A stretch of 64,000 nt of DNA from Tubiluchus corallicola (taxonomy: Eukaryota > Animalia > Priapulida). Position 1 is the stretch's first letter. Each line of letters opens with the position of its first letter. Below the pieces are notes generated by a model. It saw nothing but the letters and a program-made list of their open reading frames with translations, was not told the DNA's origin and searched no databases. The stretch spans positions 62,001 to 126,000 of the forward strand of contig JAQGDQ010000546.1 in the NCBI GenBank assembly GCA_030141605.1, written 5' to 3'. This document shows, in pieces, positions 56,435 through 64,000 of this stretch. Both the position numbers and the translations under genes were made by a program.

Positions 56435-56679
56435 GCTGAACGAGAATGGCTATAGTTGTTACCTAATTGATGAAATTATTTTTTGATTTGTCTGGTTAAC
56501 AGTATAAATTAGAAACTAGATAATAACTGCTTGCCAGCAGAGCAAATATTGCATATCCAGCATGTCTTGTTAATACAATTAATGTGCAAGTTATATTGGC
56601 TCTACTTTTTATTAAACTGAGCAAAACACAATTTTATGCAATTTTGTTATAATTGTTTTTACTATAAGCTCGTCATGCA

Positions 56680-56732
56680 TTAATAATAATAATAATAATC
56701 AACAACAACACAACAACAACAACAACAACAAC
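56680..56732. repeat. Compound (TAA)n(CAA)n microsatellite
   Basis: Directly visible. Confidence 0.85.
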
Positions 56733-56895
56733 ATCCTGACAATCGTCAGTGTAGACGAAATATAAAAGGTAAAATCCTATGAATCAGTGCAACTGTCTGT
56801 GATGTGTTAAGTTACCAATGGCACCACTTCGAAAATGATTAGGATCTTTATTTTTGACCTTTAACATGTGACAAGTTTTGCAATATCAAGTCTTA

Positions 56896-57604
56896 AGGCC
56901 CGTTTTGACTACCGTTTTTCTTGCTGCTTTTAACGTGTTAATGTGAAAATTAACATCGCTCTCTATATCGCTCCAGTGTTTTCACTAGCAGCTTTCTCGC
57001 TGCGATTATCGCTACCTTTTTTATGGTCCGTGAAAACAGACACCACTGCATGATAGCTGCGTGTACGGTTGTACAAGTACACCATATACTTGCTTCTTAA
57101 TTCATTGATAGATAATACATTGCCTACAATTATGTATGTTATTATTATTATTTTCCCACTCACACGCCTTGTTTTTCTTGGCATGTTGAATCAACAATCT
57201 GCAGTGAACTTCAGTTCACACTCATCTTCGCATCAAAAGCAAGTCATCAATACGTCATGCAATGGCACTTGTACTAGCTAGATTAAAGCAGTGACGTTAT
57301 TTACTAGCCTACACCGTAATGAGTACAGGATTGTTTGATGGCTTGCGCATTACGCAACATGCACAAAAATGCTGCTATATAGCCATTTTCGCGGGCGTTT
57401 TTGTGGCGTAACATGCAAGAGCTTTTTTCTCGATCCGATTAACGTTTCCACGGGTTTTTTGTCGCTCCAGCATGGAGATGCCAAGAAAAAAGCGTTTTCT
57501 CGCCAGGCTGCCTGTGTTTTTTGCAAGAGCTTTTCTTCCTTGATCGATAAACGTTTTGCAACGATTTTGCCAACAGCGAGAAAAACGTTAGTCAAAACGG
57601 GCCT
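56896..57604. mobile_element. PIF/Harbinger-like MITE
   Basis: TTA|AGGCCCGTTTTGACTACCGTTTTTCTTGCTG ... CAGCGAGAAAAACGTTAGTCAAAACGGGCCT|TTA: 29/31 TIR match with 3-bp TTA duplication. Confidence 0.85.
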
Positions 57605-60135
57605 TTAGGCTAAGTATTCTTTGTCTATATTGAACTAAACATCACTGACCAGAAAAATCAAGCTGTGATGTAAAATTGAGTCTAATTAGTAGGTGATCTC
57701 CGCTTAAACTTAATTAACGTTGCAGTTAGTTTTACCTTGATCTAATTAAGGTGCCGGAAATGATGCTGGGCATTTTTGTCTTTGAGAACCTGTCAAGGTT
57801 ACATGCCAAAAAAGCGCAAAATGGTTTTGATAGAGGTTAACTAATGAACTGTATCAACTGACACACTATAATATCTGTAGTGCTGCTTGTTTCATTGAAT
57901 GTGACAATTTGTATTGAGACATAGATCAGACGGCCTGTTTTTCTACCTATCTGCCTTTGTCTGTCCACCCAACCATCCCTCCATCTATCTGTCCAGTAGT
58001 TAATAGAAGTAGCTAGGATCTCACTCAAAATATCAGCTGTCAAATCTTGTTGGTTCTAAAAATCTTACTGGTTCTAGCAGAATCACCGCAGTAATAAGGT
58101 TTTGGCGGTTTCGGGAACTGCTACTAATTTCACTGTAAATTCACGGTGTGAAATAAAGTAAAGCAAGTTGTAGTAACGTAATTTACAAGAGATTCAGCCA
58201 CACTGGAAGTAAATTAAGTACATGTAGTTGCTATGCAAATTTAATAAATGAAGATGAAGAAAGTAAAACTTCCGAGTACTAATAATCAGTGGACTCGTGC
58301 TATTAAAAATACATTAATCGTTTAAGTCACCTAATGTATAAAACTTAAATGTAGCAAATACAAAGGGAAGCTTATTTAGACAACTTTTAAACGAGTTAAG
58401 AAAGTCTCCATTTCAAATGCAGACTGCCAAAAATGTGCTTAAGACAAGTAAACACAGCCAGTAAAAACTAGACTCTGCTATGAGTGCTTGAGTGATTTGA
58501 TGTACAATGTATATATATATAATACAACTGCCTAACTAATTGTGCTGCGTTACGTTTCAGGCGGGATGACATGTACTGATAGCTAATTAGTTTTTTTAGT
58601 TCTTGTATGTCTTAGTTTCCTGAACAGACTGTGGATGAACCTGAATTTGAACATAAACTATACTATTACATAGAGTCATAGACCGATGGTTCACTCCCTG
58701 GTACACGCCTCCGTGCTGAAGTACTTGGCCGTAATAATAATTCGTGCTGTATATGATCTGCAACAGTCATGATACAGTTTACAAAAGATGCAAGCAAAGC
58801 ATTCATAAAGCGAAGACGGCTTCTGGTCATAGTAATCACCAGTATAATAGCTCTAAACAATGGCTTCGTCTTCCCAACGAACATCCTCTTCCGCAAGCGC
58901 TCAAATTACACGTTTTCGTTATTAACTTGGTAATTCCTGCTGGAGGCTATTAACAATGTGCGCTGAGCGTATATTACGCAATACTATGCGGTATAGAATG
59001 CTTTTTGTCCAAGTACAGACTTTGTGGAGACAGCTGTATGATCTTAATAATGACATTTGAACGTCGTCAACACTTGCTGTTTTCTAAAGCAAAGTCAAGA
59101 AATATTTAGAAACGTTGTCTTATTAATGTGTGTGTAAATAGGTATTTTATTTTTTGGCACGAACGAAGTTCAATGTTGCTGTAAGTCCCAATTAGGCCTT
59201 TATTTATTGTCTTAATTTGTGGTTGTTATAATTTTTAGCCGATTGAATGTCCCTTGTGGACTATTGTTTCTTATATGTAAGGAAATCGACGTAAAATAAA
59301 CTTACTCAAAAGACTTAAACATAAAGTGTAAGATAAACAAAAAATTATATAAAACAATTGCAAATCTACATAAGCAACAGAGATCTTTTAATCAATATAT
59401 TTCATGTCTTTGTTCAATGGTAAATTTCAGCCTTGGTCGACTGTATGGTAGCATACCGCAAAGACTGGCACTGAGCTGTTGTTGCTGTTCGTCGCCGTTG
59501 CCGTCATCGTCGTGTTGTTGTTGTTGTTGTTGTTTATTAACCTTGATCAAGCACTTCAAGGAATACTAGGTACTGTTACAAAAATATGTACAAAAACTTA
59601 CAAGATCTTTGAAGATCTATGGAATTTTTTATCGGTATACTAATACTTCCTGCATGTCAATTAAAGACTATATTAACCACATTAACCTATAATAATTTGG
59701 AGTTTAATTATACTTAAAACAAGTTACTAGAGTTCAATATGAAATTTTTTGCTGTTGATAAAATGAAATCCCTTCTACACCCTTACGGCACACTCATTAT
59801 GACGCATTTTCTTTCCCATACGCATCAGTGTCAGAAAAGAAAGCAAAGTTTGTTCTAATCTTACGTCTCTTTGGTCTACTTTTAGACAGACTTAGTCAAA
59901 CATTGATAGACATCAGAAGATTGTGAATCGATAACTTTTACCACCTGTGCTTTAAGGTGTTCCACTTCACATATAAGCGGCTTCTATCTAACCATCATAA
60001 ACCAAAAAACTCTCACGACATGGTTTTGTATCAGAAGCTTTTACCTAACCTGGTTGTGCAATGTACATCAAAAGTTTTCACCACACATTGTTGAATGTCA
60101 GTAGCTTCTACTTTTCATTGTTGCGCATTATTAGT

Positions 60136-63135
60136 TTACATGTCACATGGTTGTGTATCAGCAGCTTTTATCACAAGTGGTTTTGCTAGTTCCATCTCAA
60201 TAGGCTGAATGGCAGTAAACTGAATTTCACATGGTTGTTCGTCTTTTTCAACGAATGCAGCGGCAACAGGAAATGACGGGACGTTCACATATACAAGTTT
60301 TTCAGGGCTTTTTTGTATTGGTAACTCTAAAACAACCTTCGGTTCAGATGACTGTACTGCGATTTTCTCTAGCTCACTTAGTACCTGTAGCAAGTCCACC
60401 CACTCTTTTGATACTTTAGGCACCTTAAATGGAACTTGCCTGTCATGGAGCTCGTGGATGTCTAACATCATCAAAGGTCGTTTTGTTGGAATGTCAGCAT
60501 TTTTAATATGAAGACTTATAGCATCGGCGCATTTTTCCCTCAAGTACAAAAGTGGGAAACGTGGCTCAAAGAACTTCATGTTCAAGCCGCATAGGATATT
60601 TACATCTTTCATGTAACAGTGAGGCATGAAACCAGTTTTACAGCACTTCGAAATGTACTTGAAGATTTTAAGTATCTGTTCTTTGACGTTGTGTTCATTC
60701 CATGTTAGTGCTTTTGAATTGGCAACACACTCCAAAAATGCTGTCTTCAATGTATACGAATCTAGAAAGTCTCCGGGATAAGTCTGAGTATGTGAAAACA
60801 ATTTATATACATTTATCCCAGGATACCTTGCTAAGGGGAGAACAAGTTCGTTTTTATAGTATTCACTTAACTTATCTTCCAAGTATGATACGGTAATTCT
60901 GGAGTCAACATTGTACAGTTGCTCCTTGGTCAATGTCTTTGCTAATATCATTATGTCCTTGTGTTGTTGAGATAATGCTTTGATATGTTCCTTCTCGGCA
61001 AAGCTAGTACTCACGATCCATATGATGTCGCGTTGGTTTTCTTCAATTTCAGGATCGTTGGCAGGTTTTGGTACTACATGATAATATTTGACGTCTGGGT
61101 ATTTTCTGCTGATTCCTAGGGGTTTACCACTAACTTTTAATGCTGGCGAAATGTCCACAGCTATCTTTAGTGGCTGATTAGTTAATGGACTACGGTAGAG
61201 CAGGGTGAACGTGGTACAGACCTTGTTCCATTCTAATATTGCACCATCAGTAGATATTGGCTGTAGCTGTAAATCTGGTTCATTGAAAACAGTAAACATG
61301 GAGTCACACAGCAAATCAACAAATTTGTCTTTCAGTTTGATCTGAAGATAGCCGTCTCTCGTATAATTTTTGAAGCTGTTATCTTTCATTCTGATTTTTA
61401 CATATCCTGGTCGGTTTGCTTCTACCATAACTTTTTCAGACATTCGTGTTAAAACGAAGAAATAGTCAAATTCATCTGGCGACCAGCACTTGATGCCACA
61501 TGAACTGCTTCCAACTAGAACATGATCGGTTTCATAATTTGGTGACCGTTTGCTCATTGTTCTGCAAACTTTTTCCATTAATTTATTTACGGCTTCTCTA
61601 ATTTCATTGAATTCCTCTAAGCTACGTAACTGTCCAATTGGAAATAGATCAGTTATACCACCGTCATTTTTATCTGACAGAGATTTAATTTTATCAAATT
61701 TGTCTGCTTCGTGAATCATTTCATAAGTATGTGGCACATCTTTAATTCCAGAAAGGTATTGCTGTTCATATAGAAACCCAATAATCTTCCGCAAAGGCTT
61801 GGTGCCACTTGTAATGTCTCCAAAGTTACCTTGTTCCACTATAAGATCCAGAGCTGTCCTGCCTTCACTGTTAACAACATTTATGTTAATGCCGTGACTA
61901 ATCAATTCTTTCACAATTTCAATGTTAAATGTATGATACAAACCTACGCAGTGCAGTGCAGTGTTGCCATTGCAGTCTGTTTGGTTTACGTTTTGTGCTT
62001 TTTTCAATAACAATTTGAGAATATCAATATTATTATGTTCAACTGCACCATGAAGTGGCCTGTACAGGTGTATGCAACTTTGTGCATCATGATGTTCCTC
62101 GACTGGAGTGTCATTGTCATCAAATTCTATCTTTGCGTCATATTGTAGTAGAAGTTTTACTACTTCAACATGAGTGTTATGAATAGCAATATGAAGAGGC
62201 GTCCACCAATGGCAGCTTTTAGCATTCATGTCTGCCCCTTTTTCCACCAGTAACCTTACCACATCTGCATGGCCCTTACCTGCAGCTGCATGCAGAGGAG
62301 TACGTCTGTCATAGTCTCTAGATTCTAGCCGTGCACCTCTTTCCAACAGCAGTTTCGCAACTTCTTTAAGACCTCTTTCAGCTGCAGTGTGTAAAGGTGT
62401 CTGCCCAAAACAATTTTTCGATTCTAAGTCTGCATCTAGTTCCAAGAATATTTCAACTTCTTTAGCATCTCCTCGTCTTGCTGCATAATGGAGTGGCGTA
62501 TAACCATCATTGTCATTTTCAATATTCACTTTCGCTTCATAAGCTAACAGCATTTTAACAATGGTCGAATGCCCCCTATGTGCTGCCGTGCATAAGGGTG
62601 TACGTCCAAAGTTGTTTTTCTGTTCTGTTTGTGCTCCCCGCCCGAGCAACAACTTAACAACTTCAACGTGACCATGCTCTGCTGCTTGGTGCAGAGGCGT
62701 CCATTCAGGAATACCTATAGCATCTATTTCTGCTCCTGCTTCTAACAGTGTTTCAGCAACTGTATCGTGTCCATTTGATGCTGCTCTGTTTAAAGGTGTT
62801 TCTCCACTTTGATCCCTGGAATCTAATTGAGCTCCATTTTCCAGCAACAATTTAACCATTTCACAATTTCCCAGAGATGCAGCTGTGTGCAGAGGCGTTT
62901 CTCCAAACACGTGCTCTGTGACTTCTAACTGTGCTCCTTTCTCTATTAGCATTTTAACAATTTCAACACGTCCACTTGAAACGGCAGCATGGAGCAGTGT
63001 TGCTCCGAAATCGTCTTTGTTATTCACATCTGTTCCAGCATCCACAAGCGCTTTAACTTTATTAAAATCTTCTTTCTGAACTGCAGAGTGTAACAATGTA
63101 TTTTGCTTAGATGTTTTTGTTAGACTTTTTCCCAT
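60136..63135 (-). CDS. Ankyrin-repeat / Mab-21 (cGAS-like) nucleotidyltransferase fusion, 999 aa from first ATG; candidate cGAS-like receptor (cGLR)
   Basis: About 13 ankyrin repeats (TPLHxAA pattern, ~61840-63100), then VLVGSSSCGIKCWSPDEFDYFFVL (GS..EFD NTase motif), IAVDISPA (third acidic residue), WIVSTSFAEK, LDSYTLKTAFL, MPHCYMKDVNIL (Mab-21 C-terminal motifs). The ORF track begins at a TTG (63231); first ATG is 63135. Confidence 0.88.
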   Translation of the reverse strand: MGKSLTKTSKQNTLLHSAVQKEDFNKVKALVDAGTDVNNKDDFGATLLHAAVSSGRVEIVKMLIEKGAQLEVTEHVFGETPLHTAASLGNCEMVKLLLENGAQLDSRDQSGETPLNRAASNGHDTVAETLLEAGAEIDAIGIPEWTPLHQAAEHGHVEVVKLLLGRGAQTEQKNNFGRTPLCTAAHRGHSTIVKMLLAYEAKVNIENDNDGYTPLHYAARRGDAKEVEIFLELDADLESKNCFGQTPLHTAAERGLKEVAKLLLERGARLESRDYDRRTPLHAAAGKGHADVVRLLVEKGADMNAKSCHWWTPLHIAIHNTHVEVVKLLLQYDAKIEFDDNDTPVEEHHDAQSCIHLYRPLHGAVEHNNIDILKLLLKKAQNVNQTDCNGNTALHCVGLYHTFNIEIVKELISHGININVVNSEGRTALDLIVEQGNFGDITSGTKPLRKIIGFLYEQQYLSGIKDVPHTYEMIHEADKFDKIKSLSDKNDGGITDLFPIGQLRSLEEFNEIREAVNKLMEKVCRTMSKRSPNYETDHVLVGSSSCGIKCWSPDEFDYFFVLTRMSEKVMVEANRPGYVKIRMKDNSFKNYTRDGYLQIKLKDKFVDLLCDSMFTVFNEPDLQLQPISTDGAILEWNKVCTTFTLLYRSPLTNQPLKIAVDISPALKVSGKPLGISRKYPDVKYYHVVPKPANDPEIEENQRDIIWIVSTSFAEKEHIKALSQQHKDIMILAKTLTKEQLYNVDSRITVSYLEDKLSEYYKNELVLPLARYPGINVYKLFSHTQTYPGDFLDSYTLKTAFLECVANSKALTWNEHNVKEQILKIFKYISKCCKTGFMPHCYMKDVNILCGLNMKFFEPRFPLLYLREKCADAISLHIKNADIPTKRPLMMLDIHELHDRQVPFKVPKVSKEWVDLLQVLSELEKIAVQSSEPKVVLELPIQKSPEKLVYVNVPSFPVAAAFVEKDEQPCEIQFTAIQPIEMELAKPLVIKAADTQPCDM

Positions 63136-64000
63136 ATTGACTTGTAGTAACAAAATTAGACTTCCTCCTAAAAATAAATCAATTTTAGTGTCTAAATGAC
63201 TAACACAGCGAATTGGAAATAATTGCGGCAACTTTTTATAAACTTACATGAACAAAGTTGCAGTTGTTCAGCAAAGGCAAATATAGCGCACGTTACACAT
63301 ATTTTGATAACAATTACTGGAATATGTGGTCGGCAGATGAACAAATTTTTACTAAAGATTGTTTCTTTCAACAAGAAATAAACAACAAGAAGTTATGGTG
63401 TTCAAAAACTCGCTAATTTTTTATCAATATTTCGAATTATCTCATCTTCAGGATTATAATTATAATACTGAAAAGACAAGTAAAAACTTTTCTTATAAAA
63501 ATTATTTGGAATGTATCAAGTAAATGGCTTACTCGCCATCATTTAAAGAATTTTCACATCTGCAATAAAATATAATCTGCTTATATACGCAGTCCACATA
63601 ATGCGTTGCTACGTATGCCGAACAGGTATGATATGTAACTTAATTTACTGAAAGCAAATGATAATATAACACACTTGTGCTTGCTAGACTATACTTTACC
63701 GAAACGTAAAAATGAAATGGACTGTTAGACTTTAACAAAGCGAGTGCTTCGGTTCATTTCTTTGTTTTCTATGTAAAGTGTGTGCATAATTCTCTCATTC
63801 TGGCCATCACTATATTATTGTTATCACTTATCTTCAGTAAATTAAGTAATAATTTCCAACTGTTCACCAAATGTTGCAACTCATATATTGACTGTATATA
63901 TAATCAGATTATTATACGTTACATATAATATTATATATTATATGTAAATATTCTCGAGCCTGATGAAAAGCAAGGCAATTGCAAATAAATTGCAAGCGAA

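Noticed and set aside
60136-63135. Bacterial CBASS CD-NTase or endosymbiont ankyrin gene insertion
   Set aside because: No operon or Cap effector neighbours; motifs are of the animal Mab-21 type and flanks look like host DNA. A phylogeny would be needed to exclude transfer of the ankyrin part.
63136-63231. N-terminal 32-aa extension of the ANK-cGLR ORF
   Set aside because: Starts at TTG and looks like intron sequence ending in a splice acceptor; not a eukaryotic start.

Overview
AT-rich, intron-rich genomic DNA from an invertebrate animal (not prokaryotic; no CRISPR, rRNA or convincing tRNA seen). Left to right: (1) the first four coding exons of a fibulin gene (- strand, runs off the left edge), with a decayed CR1/L2-type LINE in intron 2 whose ORF carries a 2A/StopGo-like motif just before the endonuclease; (2) a complete 25-exon cohesin SMC1 gene (- strand, 11026-38360) whose introns hold several MITEs, a minisatellite and a decayed class A GPCR relic on the opposite strand; (3) two LINE remnants, the second ending in an (ATT)n tail; (4) a cyclin L with an intronless coding region (+); (5) a 12-exon SLC23/NAT transporter (+) with atypical substrate-site residues; (6) a ~1000-aa single-ORF protein (-) fusing about 13 ankyrin repeats to a Mab-21/cGAS-like nucleotidyltransferase with an intact catalytic motif. 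This candidate ankyrin-sensor cGAS-like receptor is the most interesting element. All exon boundaries and family calls were made by eye, without database searches.
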